From Chiloscyllium plagiosum (Eukaryota): a DNA stretch of 62,507 nucleotides. The translations under genes were made by a program, and so were the position numbers. Every line of letters begins with the position of its first letter. Position 1 is the stretch's first letter. Shown in pieces: positions 1 through 12,519 of this stretch. Location of the stretch: positions 75,656,020-75,718,526 of the forward strand of contig NC_057711.1 in the NCBI RefSeq assembly GCF_004010195.1. Reading direction: 5' to 3'. Below the pieces are notes generated by a model that had not been told where the DNA came from, made no database searches, and saw only the letters and a list, made by a program, of their open reading frames with translations.

Positions 1-148
1 AGAGTCAGAATCATTGGTGACCTTTAAGCGGCAATTGGATAGGTACATGGATGGGTGCTTAAGCTAGGATAAATGTTCGGCACAACATCGTGGGCCGAAG
101 GGCCTGTTCTGTGCTGTATTGTTCTATGTTCTATGTTCTATGTTCTAT
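1..148 (+). mobile_element. CR1/L2-group LINE 3' end with (GTTCTAT)n tail
   Basis: gggccgaagggcctgttctgtgctgta followed by tandem gttctat; an older LINE 3' end follows at ~149-380. Confidence 0.75.
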
Positions 149-517
149 TTCAGATTAAGATGAGGAGGGCTTTCTTCTCTCAGAGGATCATTAGTCTTTG
201 AAATTCTCTCTCACAGAAAGCAGTGGACATTGAGTTATTGATCACTCAAAAGCTGTTTTAAGGGTTATAGGGTGGGGAAAGCAACCAGGAAAGTAGTTAA
301 GATGACAATCTAATCTTTCATGATCTAACTGAATGGTAGAGCAAGCTTGAGGGGCTAAATGTCCACACCTGCCACTATTTCTTTTTTTTTTGGTCAACAG
401 TTTTCAGACAGCATATAGAATAATCTAACTTGCTTTGAGATCTACTTAAGTTTTATTCTTAGCCATTTCAACACATTGCTGTTTCTTAAGAGAAAAGTGA
501 ATAGTGATCAATCCTAC

Positions 518-798
518 ATGGAATACTGTTTTAGCTGTTCTGAGATGTCATCCATCATGTTGCTCTGCTTTGCCTCATGAGCCATTGCCCTGTACAGTTT
601 GCACGCCACAACTGCCTTAGCCATGGCTTCTTCTCCATGCTGCCAGAAGAACATGGCCATCCTCTGACGTTTCATCAACACAGCCCACACTAACAGGTCA
701 TTGTAGGGATAAATAAAACCTGCAGAATCGTGCTCCACTGTATAACTCAAACCGTTTTTTTGGTTCCTTTTTGACTTATTGTTTGAAGATGATTTTTC
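518..798 (-). CDS. TRPM6: TRPM6 exon 16 equivalent (281 nt): [93 protein letters not shown]
   Basis: Extends ORF 514..750; tttcacag| acceptor and AT|gtagga donor; [28 protein letters not shown] is TRPM6-type. Confidence 0.96.
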
Positions 799-816
799 CT
801 GTGAAAAACATTACAA

Positions 817-1039
817 TTTAAAGTGATTAAAAAGTAGCAAAGACATTGCATCCTGCCAGTCATGTTAGGATAGGAGGGAACATAATACAATCAAAGGAGC
901 AGGGGATCAGCTATCTCCAATCACTTTAAAGTGATTAAAAAGTAGCAAAGACATTGCATCCTGCCAGTCATGTTAGGATAGGAGGGAACATAATACAATC
1001 AAAGGAGCAGGGGATCAGCTATCTCCAATCACTTTAAAG
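817..1039. repeat. Perfect 108-bp tandem duplication
   Basis: 817-924 equals 925-1032; TTTAAAG occurs at 817, 925 and 1033. Confidence 0.95.
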
Positions 1040-1465
1040 CCCGTTTTCCATCTGTCACAAATAGAAAGCAGCTATAACACCTCAATTAAAACTTAGCTTA
1101 CTATAAATTAAGCAATTATCAAGGTTTGTTTGAGTGAAAGAAAGAAGTTTTATAACTTGCAATCTTTAAAACGGCATAAAATGTGACATTAAACACACAA
1201 AAACACAGGAGGACGGGTCTGGTACAAAAAGGAAGATAAAAGTAAATGCAGTTTAAGTCCTTTAGTTGCAAGAGTGAAGCTTGAGTCCACAGCATTGTCT
1301 TAGTTTCTTATCAGTGATAAGATTTGAATAACCTTTAGTTCTCAATGAATGATTACTTTCCCAAGTTGCTTTATCACTGGGCACTTCTCTTAAAAGATGA
1401 TAAGGCACAGAGTGAGGGCGAAAAAGTGTTCCAGCTCTTGTTTGCAAATTAATTTTTTCCTTGTC

Positions 1466-1720
1466 AAAATAAAACAAAAGGACTGCAGATGCTGGAAATC
1501 GAAAACAAAAACAGAAATTGCTGGAAAACAATGGATGATAATGGAATAGTATAGGTTAGATGGGCTTCAGATTGGTTTACAGGTGGGCGCAACATCCAGG
1601 GCCGTAGGGCCTGTACTGCACTATAATGTTCCATGTTCTAAGTCTGGCAGTATCTGTGGAGAAAAATCAGAGTTACTGTTTTGGCTCCAGTGACTCTTCT
1701 TCAAAACTTCTTCAAAACTG
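1466..1720 (-). mobile_element. Penelope-like terminal remnant interrupted by a LINE 3' tail (~1531-1640, plus strand)
   Basis: ctgcagatgctgg...gctggaaaa...ggcagtatctgtggaga resembles the reverse complement of the termini at 43203-43325 and 49530-49657; insert ends gggcctgtactgcactataatgttccatgttcta. Confidence 0.55.
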
Positions 1721-2554
1721 AGTAAGAGCCCACAAATTGTAAACGAGTGTCGGAAACCCTCTCAAATATAAAGGATTTCTTAACCAAAACGGTCTCAACT
1801 TGCTTCAAAAAGTTGACCTTTCCAAATACATAACTTTGTGACTAAATTTTGAACTTCATTGTTTCTCAACTACATATTTCCAGTTCTTTCCCCAGCACTC
1901 AGATGACAGTTATCAAATTAAAGTTGCATACAGATCTTCTATGTTTAATCAACATAAATCCAAGGGTGCAATTTTACATAAACTCAAGAAATCAATATGG
2001 AGAAAAGTGTTCTATCATTCAGTTTCTTTAACTTAGTTTGCTCTATTGAACAAAAAGTCAGTTACGTCCAGTGGTGGAAAGTAATAATACGATATACTGT
2101 GTTGAGAAACATGGGCTGTAAATTGAACTTAAAAAAATTACAGTATTATTAGCTAACTGTAGCTGTACAAACTTGCTACAATGGGCTGAATTGATAATGA
2201 TCATCTCTACAATTTATAGTTTTAGTAAGTATTACAATGTATGCACCTAAAACACAATCTCAATTTAATTTAAAAATCTTTTTCATTGTGAAGCTTAATG
2301 AAGTAAAGTATTACTTATTTTGGCAGTATTGTTCCCATTCCATTATATATTTCATAGAAGTTTGATAATGTAAGGAAATAAATAGGTTATGTGTTCTCAA
2401 CCATCTAAATTTGACAGACTTGGTTAACACATTGCTATTCAGGATTGAGGAAAACTTAGTCTGATTCGTAACTTTATCATCATCCTACTTCATGTCATAT
2501 TGCAAAGTAAATGTAAAAGTTTAACACTAATAATGAGGAAATGGAACGGTTTAC

Positions 2555-2704
2555 CTTGCGTTTGTATGGCTGAGCTGTTCTAATGAACTGAGAGTGAAGC
2601 CTCTGTTCATCACTTTGTACTCTGGCAGCTGTTTCTCTGTTCTGATTCAAGGAATGGTTGCTCCAGCTTTGAGTGAGACTGGTGACAGCATGACGTCTAA
2701 CTCG
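2555..2704 (-). CDS. TRPM6: TRPM6 exon 15 equivalent (150 nt): RVRRHAVTSLTQSWSNHSLNQNRETAARVQSDEQRLHSQFIRTAQPYKRK
   Basis: cttttccacag| acceptor and AAG|gtaaac donor; C-terminal LHSQFIRTAQPYK matches TRPM6. 5' boundary chosen from the best polypyrimidine/AG site. Confidence 0.88.
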
Positions 2705-2833
2705 CTGTGGAAAAGATTTTTTTCTTAGCTACATGTATATACAATATATCTACAATTATACTAATAATGTTTTTGAGAATCAATTAGTTTTATCTATTAT
2801 ACATCTATCTGTAATATGATAGGTTAATATTAA

Positions 2834-2960
2834 TTCCTGATGAAGGGCTCCTCTCCGAAACATCGATTTTCCTGCTCTTCGGATGCTGCCTGACCTGCTG
2901 TGCATTTCCAGCACCACACTCTCGACTCTAATCTCCAGCACCTGCAATCCTCACTTTCGT
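2834..2960 (+). mobile_element. Solo Penelope-like terminal repeat with hammerhead-like motif
   Basis: Colinear with the 3' ends of the Penelope elements at 49527-49657 and 60471-60560; CTGATGA at 2837 and GAAA at 2857. Confidence 0.8.
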
Positions 2961-3041
2961 CTAATATTAAAACCCTACCTCCTCGACTGTAAGTTGCTAA
3001 CACTGTTCTTTGTACAGTTTGGTGTACACCTTTACTGTGTA

Positions 3042-3110
3042 AGAGAGAGAGAGAGATTGTGAGTAAGTGAGTGTGTGTGTGAGAGAGAGTGAGAGTGTGT
3101 GTGTGTGTAG
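3042..3110. repeat. (GA)n/(GT)n compound microsatellite
   Basis: agagagagagagag...gtgtgtgtgtgagagagagt...gtgtgtgtgt. Confidence 0.9.
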
Positions 3111-3509
3111 ATATCTCACAGTGTGTCATCGAAGAAATTTCTAACTAACATAAGGAAAGCCAATTCAATAATAGTAGGGCCAAATGCTGTCTTGGTATAT
3201 AGGGATATAGCATAGTCAATCAGACCTCAATATCAACCTTACAGCTTCTAACACAAAACTGCTACTCAAAACTGGAGTAAACTAAGAGATGTTAGTGGGC
3301 TTATTCAAGCTGTCAGTCTCAGTGAGGAAGAATAGGGAACTTTAAACTGGAAGAAATATCTGCTTATTGAGATATACATTTCCTATTAAGCAATTAGTTA
3401 CATGGATGATTTCCTAGAATGCTAACCTGACAAATTATTGTAGCAATAATACTCAAATATGATTATGAATAATTAAATTTGAATTTGTTTCATAACTTGC
3501 CACATAGTT

Positions 3510-3800
3510 GGCACAGTGGCTCAATGGTTATCCATGCTGCCTTACAGCACCAGAGACTCAGGTTCGATGCCAGCCTTGGGTGACTGTCTGTGTGGAGTGT
3601 GCCTGTTCTCCCCATGTCTGCATGGGTTTCTACCAGGTGCTCCGGTTTCCTTCCACAGTCCAAAGATGTTAGGTGGACCTGCTAAATGCACGCTTACAGG
3701 GATAGGGTGGTGGGCTGTGTTTGAGTTGGATGCTCTTCAGACAGTCTGTGCTGACTTGGTGGGCTAAACAGCCTGTTCCCACACCATAGGGATCCTTTGA
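3510..3800 (+). mobile_element. tRNA-derived SINE (HE1/V-SINE-like)
   Basis: A box tggctcaatgg, B box ggttcgatgcc, core tgtctgtgtggag...ttctcccc, LINE-like tail; same family as 47411-47720 and 54790-55135. Confidence 0.85.
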
Positions 3801-5513
3801 TGCTAATTTATTGGTTGAAACGACTCAATGTGCTTCGAGCAATGAGTCAGTTTTTTTAAGTACAGTGACAGTGGTATTGGGAAATACAGCAACATTTGAA
3901 ACCAACAATATCCTATAAACGGCATTAGATGAATGACAAGTTAATCGGCTTTTCCTTCTTGCACCGATTGAGGGAGAAATATTTGCCAGAACATCAAAAG
4001 AACTGCTCTAATTTGAGTATCAACATCAATTCATGTGCACCTCCTGAAACAGGCAGGTCAGTTTAACATCTACCAACAGCATTGTCATTGCTGTCAAGTG
4101 GATTGTCAGCTCAGTTCATACATTCAAACCTGGCTGCATGACTAATCTTCATAACCCATTGACCCAGAGGCAAAGGCACTAAGTGTTTTGCCAAACTTAA
4201 ATACTTGACTGCACATGTCAAAACCATCTGCACTCAAACATCCAGCCTCGTGCTCGCAAAAAAGTGGGAGGAAATAGTTACTTCAAACATCAATGAATTA
4301 TAATTTCAGGAGTACCCATTACAAGATTAGCTTCTCTGATTTAGAAATCTTATTTCCAATGCTAATCAGATTGTTAATGATCCACTCCTACACTGGAGAT
4401 TCCTGGCGCAGGAGCATTGAAGAAAGTCTTCATAGAAACCACGTCCCTTTTTGCAGCAATCAGTGCTTTGTGATTTAAATGCCCAGTAACACAGCCAGCC
4501 ATTTTGACAGCTCCTGTGAAAGTGTTTGTACTGTAAGGCAAGCATGGGATTAGGGTCACACTGAGGGTTTAGAGTGCTATGCGGTAGAGTGCCTCATGGG
4601 TGAAGATGTAGGTGCCAGTATGGTGAGGTCGAGTGCCAGGCCAGTAGAGTGGTAGTGTGCCGGGTAAGTGAATGAGGGCTTAGGGTTGACCAGGGTCGGG
4701 CTGGGGTCAGATCAGGGAAGGGAGGTCAGGCTGTACCAGGACAGGGTCTCCATCAGGGTTGAGTCTGGGAGGGATGTTGAGCTGGAGTGTAGGTGAGTCA
4801 GATTGAGGTGGGGAGAAGCGCATGGAGTTTGGCTCAGGAAGCAAAGGGATCACACTGGAGACATTGTTGTCTCAGATCCAAGTGGGGTTGGGTCTGACCA
4901 TGGTAAGTTTGGGGGTCTGGCAGGGTGGTGGGGTGACGTCACATCCAGTTGGTAGATGGGTGAAGCTATTCAGGAAGGCTCAAGCCAGTGACTGATGGAT
5001 GTCAGATCTGGACTGCAGATTTGGGGTCAGGGAAGTGATTGTTGGGTCAGGCAAGGTCAAATCCAATCAGATCAGAGGCAGAGACAGACTGAAGTGGGGA
5101 TCTGGGGTGAGGTGATGTCAGGGTGGCATAGTTCAGAGGTCAGTGGTGAGCTGGGCATCAGTATAATAGTTACTCAGGAATTAGAGGAGTGTTTTGATTC
5201 TGTAACATTTCCAGGTTAACTGTAAAGATTAAGCAAGTCAGCACTCTCCAAAATTTCCAACGTTAAGAATTCTTTACAGACTATTCCACCAAAAATGTTA
5301 ATTTTCAAGGCAATTCCCACAGAGTCTGCTTCATGGGGATTTTACTTGGTCCTGATGTGCAAGTACTGCGACTCTGACTCCCTGACTATCTAAATACCTG
5401 GCCCAATATTTAGAATAATATTAGCTCCATGGCATTTAATGATCCAATGGGACTCAACCAAAACATAATGAGACTATGCCCACCAAACATGAGAGCATCT
5501 AATTGGTCCTTAC

Positions 5514-5654
5514 CTTGTGTTGTCTGTAGAGGCTATTATATAGGAGTCTGAAGGATTTCCGTGTATAGAGGCTTCTGTAAGCACCTCCTACCAGGTATTC
5601 CATCACCAATCCAATGTCAATCAAAGTGACTTTGTAGCCAGGAGGAAGGTTGCT
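5514..5654 (-). CDS. TRPM6: TRPM6 exon 14 equivalent (141 nt): [47 protein letters not shown]
   Basis: Translated by hand; cctag| acceptor and AAG|gtaagg donor. Confidence 0.96.
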
Positions 5655-6307
5655 CTAGGAACAGAAGTTTGCATCAGAATTCTCAATATAATACATATAA
5701 TTTTATTTGTGCTGAAAAGTTCTCCTCATTCCTGTCATTTCTTACTGATGGGACTTATTTCAGTTTAAGTTCTAGTTTAACTTTTTAATAATTATTCAAG
5801 CAAAAACTATGTTCAAACCCCATACATAAGTTATGTGGAAGCATGCTGAGCCTACAGCTCCCCACTGAGTTTTCCATAGCAACTCTTTGGCCAACCAGAG
5901 TTGACCTGTGAACCAATCAAATGTTGTGATAATTTGGAATTTGGTATGATTGCATCTTGTCCTTTTCAATAGGAGACCAAAATCTTCCACAATATTCCTC
6001 TCTTTTCAGCAATATTCAAGTTCTGTACTACAAAGTCTGTCAGGAATTTTTTTGAATGTATAATTGTGCAATGAGCCTATGTGGAAGAGTGAGCATTTTA
6101 TATTGAGTGTGAGATTGCCTCAGTTAAGTTTGAAACTTGAGTCCTAAAATTTAAGGCAAATTATGCTCATGTGAAAAATGTTTGCTCTAGTCAGTGGATA
6201 AACTAAATTAAGAGTTTTGTTTTCATTCTTTCATGAGGTGTCAGCATCATTGGCAAGGCCAGCACTTGTGGCTCATCCTGAAATGCTCTTGAACTAAATT
6301 ACTTGTC

Positions 6308-6468
6308 AGAGAGTAGTACTGGAAAAGCACAGCAGGTCAGGCAGCATCCAAGGAGCAGGAGAATCAATGTTTTGGGCATAAGCCCTTTGTCAGGTGCCTG
6401 ACCCACTGTGCTTTTCCAGCACAACACTCGCAACTCTGAGCTCCCGCATCTGCAGTCCTCACTTTCTC
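6308..6468. mobile_element. Miniature Penelope-like insertion with inverted terminal segments, inside an older SINE/LINE tail (~6220-6770)
   Basis: ctggaaaagcacagcaggtcaggca is followed by its near reverse complement tgcctgacccactgtgcttttccag. Confidence 0.7.
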
Positions 6469-8258
6469 CTGTGTTAATTGCCAGGCAGTTTCAGAGAGCA
6501 GTTAAAAGTCAATGCAATTGCTGTGGGTCCAAACTCACATTAGATTTCCTTCCCGAAGGGACATTACTGAACCAGATGATTTTTTTTCCCAAGAATCAGC
6601 ATTAATGTCCTTGTGACCATTACTGAATCTAGCTTTATAATTCCAGACTCATTCATTGATTTTAAAGTCCATCTCCTGTTATGGCACTAAAGACAAGTGC
6701 TCAGAGCTTCAGCCTGAGCCTCTGGATTACTCATCCAGTGATACTACAATTGTGTCCTCGTAATAGGAAACATTTGAAGATTCAGTCCTTGATTCACAAA
6801 GTTTTTTCCATTTCAAACGGTCTAAAAGCTCTATTAGTGAAGTACTATAACCATAGTGAAAATTTGAAATTAAAGATGGTTTTGGATGTTAAAAAGTTTA
6901 TTATATCGCCAAAAAGAATCAAAAGTGTGAGAATTATGAAGATTTTAAAAAACAGCAAAGCATCAGCAAAATTGGTGAAGGGATAAAAAAATGGATGAGA
7001 CAGTAAATTAGCTAGATAAACAAAACAGATTGCAAGAGTTTTCAATTGAAAAGAATTGCAAAAAACAATGTTGGCACAGTGTGAGATAGCTCCACACACT
7101 ACCCACTAACCAAGGTTCCCAATTTAGTTGGAGAGAAACTATCTTCTGGTGGGAAATTCTGGAAAGAAAATTGGTTTAGAGCTAGCCACAGAATATCAGG
7201 CCCAAGAAGCTGAGTATAGGTGGTTCTTCTATAATGCAATGGTTGTGTTCTTATGCACCCCCACATTATAGAAAAATTGCTTTAGAATCAATGATTAAAG
7301 TTTGTTACAGCCAACACATATTTTGAAAGTTTGTGCTTTAGAAACAGTGTCCACAATTCGTCAATCCTGTTACAGCTAATTCGCATTAATGAAACACGTG
7401 TTAGAGCAGAATGACCATAACTTGCTTCTGTTGCTATGCTGTTATGGTTACATGGAACTTGTTGTCTCTCAATAAAGAAGGAAGGAAGGAAATTATTAGA
7501 GGAAAACACTAGCTTGAGTACAAGATTTGCTGATAGGCATTATATGTCGAAAGGAAATTATAATTATGTCATCCTTCCCTGAGTCGTACAATTCTGTAGA
7601 ATTGAAAACCAGTCCAGCAATGATTTACAGATTAACAATGTGATCTCTCCCTCCCAAGAAGTGGCAGAGAGGTTAATGGGATGGGCAAATGATCATGTGG
7701 GAGATACTCACTCCCCTTCCCACCACTTCAGGAATTAAGTTCTGAGTAAGAAGACCCATGTTCCAACCTTCTTGACTTGCCCCAATTAAAGCCTTTAAGT
7801 GGTCAATTAACAACCACTTAAGAGCTTCATCCCATCACTAGCTCAATTCATTGTTCCCTCAATTGACAAGAAAAATAGCAACTTTCTCAATAGAGGGACC
7901 TCGATTTACCCCAATCTAGAAGTGATTGGAAGCACAGTTGGTAGGACAAGGGGTGGCATCTGATAGCCACCACCCAACCCTTACCTCGAAGTGCCCTCTC
8001 TTTTCACGACAAAACTCTGTAATTCCCTCCTCGACAAAACGTACCCAATTTTCCCATTCCCCTGGTATTCAGTGCTGCCGTGCAGCCAACAGCCTCACCC
8101 TCTGAAACAGTGCTGCTGCTCACAAAGGCTACTGGCCTCTGATTAGCTGACAGCTTCAGGCAAGATGAAGCATCACTATCCCAGAAAGTGACTGATTGAG
8201 AAGCCCACCAGGTGACCATTTCATATGCCTGACTGGCAGTTGATCTGGGTGCCTTTCT

Positions 8259-8297
8259 TGGTGGTGGTGGTGGTAGTGGTGGTGATGGTGGTAGTGC
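8259..8297. repeat. Imperfect (GGT)n trinucleotide repeat in intron 13
   Basis: tggtggtggtggtggtagtggtggtgatggtggtagtg. Confidence 0.9.
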
Positions 8298-8353
8298 TGG
8301 TCTCTCTCATAAAGACACTTAATAACACTGCTTATGCTGTCAGTCATTTTTAC

Positions 8354-8407
8354 CTGTTTCATGTCTCGAACCAGATGGTGCAACAAAAGATTAGTTGGAC
8401 CTTGTTT
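8354..8407 (-). CDS. TRPM6: TRPM6 exon 13 equivalent (54 nt): KQGPTNLLLHHLVRDMKQ
   Basis: aacag| acceptor and CAG|gtaaaa donor; matches KQGPTNxLLHHLVxDxKQ. Confidence 0.95.
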
Positions 8408-8717
8408 CTGTTGAGGGAATCATTGATTTGATAAGTCAAAACATTTTCAATCAAAGTGCAGATAAAAATACTATTAAAGACTAACATTCATCTCAGCATG
8501 GTCCAGATATTTATCTTTCACCCTCATCTGCTAGGGTCAATTCAGGCAGATGACAGAACTCACACATTGACCTGGATATGTATAGGCACAACAACAGCCG
8601 TACACCACTCAGACCTGACCAGTTCACCTGATCATCACAACTGCCACTGGTGTCAGTGACCAGCTCCTTTTTGGCAGTTTGTGGTTTTCATACAGATGAG
8701 TCTTTAAGATGCACAAA

Positions 8718-9075
8718 GTTTGGGAGAAGATTTGTATCTCGGGCGCTCGTTGTTGTGGTTCTGTTTGCCGAGCTGGGAATTTGTGTTGCAGACATTTCGT
8801 CCCCTGTCTAGGTGCCATCCTCAGTGCTTGGGAGCCTCCTGTGAAGCACTTCTGTGATCTTTCCTCCGGCATTTGTAGTGGTTTGAATCTGCCGCTCCCG
8901 GTTGTCAGTTCCAGCTGTCCGCTGCAGTGGTCGGTATATTGGGTCCAGATCGATGTGCTTATTGATTGAATCTGTGGATGAGTGCCATGCCTCTAGGAAT
9001 TTCCTGGCTGTTCTCTGTTTGGCTTGTCCTATAATAGTAGTGTTGTCCCAGTCGAATTCATGTTGCTTGTCATGA
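8718..9075 (-). mobile_element. Penelope-like element 3' fragment (end of GIY-YIG endonuclease plus terminal repeat)
   Basis: ORF 8808..9203 contains HEFDWDNTTIIGQAKQRTARKFLEAWHS...INKHIDLDPIY, typical of the PLE endonuclease C-terminus; hammerhead-like motif at ~8788-8827. Confidence 0.8.
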
Positions 9076-10289
9076 TGCACTGAAGATGCACTGAAGCAAC
9101 TTGCCAAACTTATTAGGATTATATCTCCCAGCTCTGTAACCTCAATCACCAAAGCTAGAGCAGTAAGATAACGGAACATCACCAACTTCAAGTCATATAA
9201 CATTCCAATTTGGACACAGAGGAGGTGAAACTCCTCTTATGTTGGGTACAAAATGTGCTGCAGTGAATTGACAGCCCGCTTTATACTCCACCATGTTTCC
9301 TTTTACACTGATTACCAGCCGACATTAAGTTTAGCCCATATTGCCATTCTTTCAATGTCGCTAGGTAAAATTCATAGCATTCCTTGCTTAACAGCATTGC
9401 TTGGGCAGCCTCACCATGAGCAATAAAGCGTGTTAAAAGAAGATGCATCACTACATTATCAGAGAAGCTGTGAAATTGAAATAAATGTGGGCTTGACAGA
9501 ATTGTCACACATCCAAAAATGAACTTGATAAATTGGAGGCAGGACAGCTTGCTCAGCAAATGATTCCTACTCTTGAAATTTCTGAAAAGATAGAATCATA
9601 AACTGGGATTAATTTGTCAACAAAACCATAACTTGTTTTCATGTAGCACCTTTGTATTGAAACATTCCAAGGTGAGTCACAGAAGTGTTATAAAGTAATA
9701 TTTGAATATATTCAGTCAGGTTACCCAAGCTCATGTCAAAGAAGTCAATTTAAAGAATGTCTTCAAGCAGAAAAGGAAGATAGGGAGATTTAGAGAACTT
9801 TCCCTGAGCTTAGGATGTAGTAGTTGAAGACATGGCCACTAATGCCAGAGTGCTGAAGAAGGGGAGCTTAACATATGAGATTCAGATGAGTGCAGATATG
9901 TCAGAAGGCTATGGGGCTGGAGGAGATTCCAGACATAGAGAGAGGTGATATTTGAAACCAAGGATTGAAATTTTAAATTGAGCCTTTGCTTAGCCAAAAA
10001 GAACAGGATTTAGAATGTGAACAGCAGAGATTTGGATGACTTCAAGTTTTTGATGGATAGAACATGGAAGGCTGGATGGGAGTGCATTGGAAAATCAAGT
10101 GCGGAGATGACAAAACAATGGATGGGGACTTCACTACCAGATGGAAGTGAGCCAGACAACCACACTGAAGGGACATAGGTCACCTTAACGATGGGCAAAT
10201 GTGTGATCAGAAGCTTGCTATGAGGTCAAATTCAACACCAACAGCTGAATCTTACATTTTTTTGGCTAAGTTCAAGTTGTACTGAATTT

Positions 10290-11420
10290 TTTGGAAGGAT
10301 TTTTGCCACATGGACTCGAGGGATAACTCTCTCTAACCTACCAAAATTGCCTCATTAAAAATTATTTTGTGCCATGGCATTCCTCATGTCCAATTCTGAT
10401 CCCACCTGACCATGCACCCTTCCTAGAACAGTTCACCATTCAGTGGATATCCCGGAATCCACAGCCATTCTTTGCACATGAGCCACACCGGGACAAGCAT
10501 CATCAGTTTAGAGATGTCCTGCATGGTTCCTCACATTTGTTCTGACCATGGGACTTGAAGAAATTAGTGCCCTGCCATGTGAGCAAAAACCTGGAGATCC
10601 TGGTGGATGGGGTCTATGTGGACAGCACCCTGAATCTGACTACCCCAAGTAGCTGACATAATGGCTCTTCCAAGTTCCTGGACTGATAGTGGAGGTTGCC
10701 ATTAGCTCTCTATGCCAGCACCCACTGAATGGCCCCTTAGCCTAACTAACGTCTGCTAACAACCATGATAAGCTACTGGTTTGGTGTCTGTCCTCAACAA
10801 AAAGGCAACTCAGCAATATAGGCCTTGCTTTTCTGATTGAAGGGGTAAAGGACAAAAAGCCAAGGCAAGGCAATATAAGGCAGGGATGCTCTGAGCTTCC
10901 AGGTATGTTTAGAACGTATGTATGCTATAGCACAAAGCACAAAGCCCGAAGATATAGCCTGGTCCAGTTCACAGTGCATGTCTTTGGTTGTGCAGTGTCC
11001 CAGCAGCAGCTGCAATACAATGATAGTTGCTGGGACAGTCTGAAGTGCAAAAGTGTCCTCAAAATGAATCAGAGTAATGTCATGAAGCTTCTTTGAAACT
11101 AGCAAATAACACATGCCAATTTCTGTAGACATCCAACATGGAGGTCATTCGTAGAAAGCATGAACTGAACTAGCTCTGATTTCCAAGTCACATTTTCTTG
11201 ACATCTAGGTTGCTTTGTGTGTTTGGCAACAGAAGAAGCTGAAAACTGATGAGGTGACCTGAGCTGTCAAAAAGATATTAAATGCAATAACCATCATTAT
11301 TTGGCAACTCACTGGTGCGCAGTGAGAAACTCACCACACTGCTTGCTGAAAAGTGTAAAAAAATGGAGATACTCCAAACATTGAGATAGGCCTCAGTGAG
11401 TCTTGTCTAAATTCTGCCAC
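10290..11420 (+). mobile_element. Possible decayed PIF/Harbinger-type DNA transposon remnant
   Basis: 10561 onward reads KLVPCHVSKNLEILVDGV, resembling a Myb/SANT-like start; shares cagtgagaaactcacc with 19377-19392. Confidence 0.3.
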
Positions 11421-12187
11421 ATACCCCATGATTGCCTATGTCCCACAAACCCCTGTAAGATTTCACCTCAAGTTTACGAATCTGTTTCAGGCATGGCCAC
11501 AGTTCATGCAAAGACTTGGCTTGATAAGTGCTTTTTTTTATTCTTTCTGCATGGATGTTGCTTGAGCATTTTCTGTTTTTAGTTTACATTTCCAAGCCTG
11601 ACCAATATGCTGTCGGTCAAATTTGCCAATTATCTGCTTCTCGGGATTTCTGTTGTGAAGTCCTTCTCTCTGGTTGACTGAGGAATGCTTCCAGCTTTCT
11701 GAACTTCCCTCAGTTCTGAGGAGGGCAAAAGCAAACTATTGATCAGCAATTTAGGAAAGGTTTAAAGAGAAAAATGGAAAGTCGAAATGGAGAGTGAAAA
11801 GGAAGAAAGGGTATGAGGTAGACAGAAGTGAGAGAGGTGAAAAGTCAAACTTCTGCAGAAATAGGAGCGGGCGGAGGTAAAAATGCAAAATGCATAACTG
11901 GAGAAGAAAAAAGAAAAAAAAAATCAGGTGAAGGAGGATTGAAAAATACTTTTTACAAATTTATTAATTCCAATAGCGTTAGCTGGGAGAAGGTGAAATA
12001 GTGGGAACCACTGAATTGGATAGTTTATCAAATATCCATTCTTATTTCAAGACTTGTGAGTTGTCTTGAGCAATCTACATGCAAAGCATTTACCTGGGCC
12101 AGCCATATGTGTATAGCAGCCTATTAACGTTGTGCTGTGGCACTGCTATGCAAATCAATGTTATTGATAGCATGTAAACTTGGATTA

Positions 12188-12346
<159 letters not shown>

Positions 12347-12519
12347 CTACAGTATAATCAAATAAAACATATTTTCAGAATCCAATTTCTCACTATTAAT
12401 ACTAATGAACTGCACTTGAATGGATTTCAATTGAAATCGTCAGCAGTCTAATCAAAGTAAATCTATCGCATGGCTTAAACACAAATGCATAAAAAATATG
12501 CTTTATTGGAGGAATATTG

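Noticed and set aside
817..1039. CRISPR-like array
   Set aside because: Only two adjacent identical units, no spacers, eukaryotic intron.
3510..3580. tRNA gene
   Set aside because: A and B boxes run straight into a SINE core and tail found several times in the window.
8156..8386. ORF with a poly-His tract (and poly-Val on the other strand)
   Set aside because: Read-through past the exon 13 donor into an intronic (GGT)n repeat.
9281..9559. 92-aa minus-strand ORF in intron 12
   Set aside because: No recognisable homology or convincing splice signals; consistent with chance.
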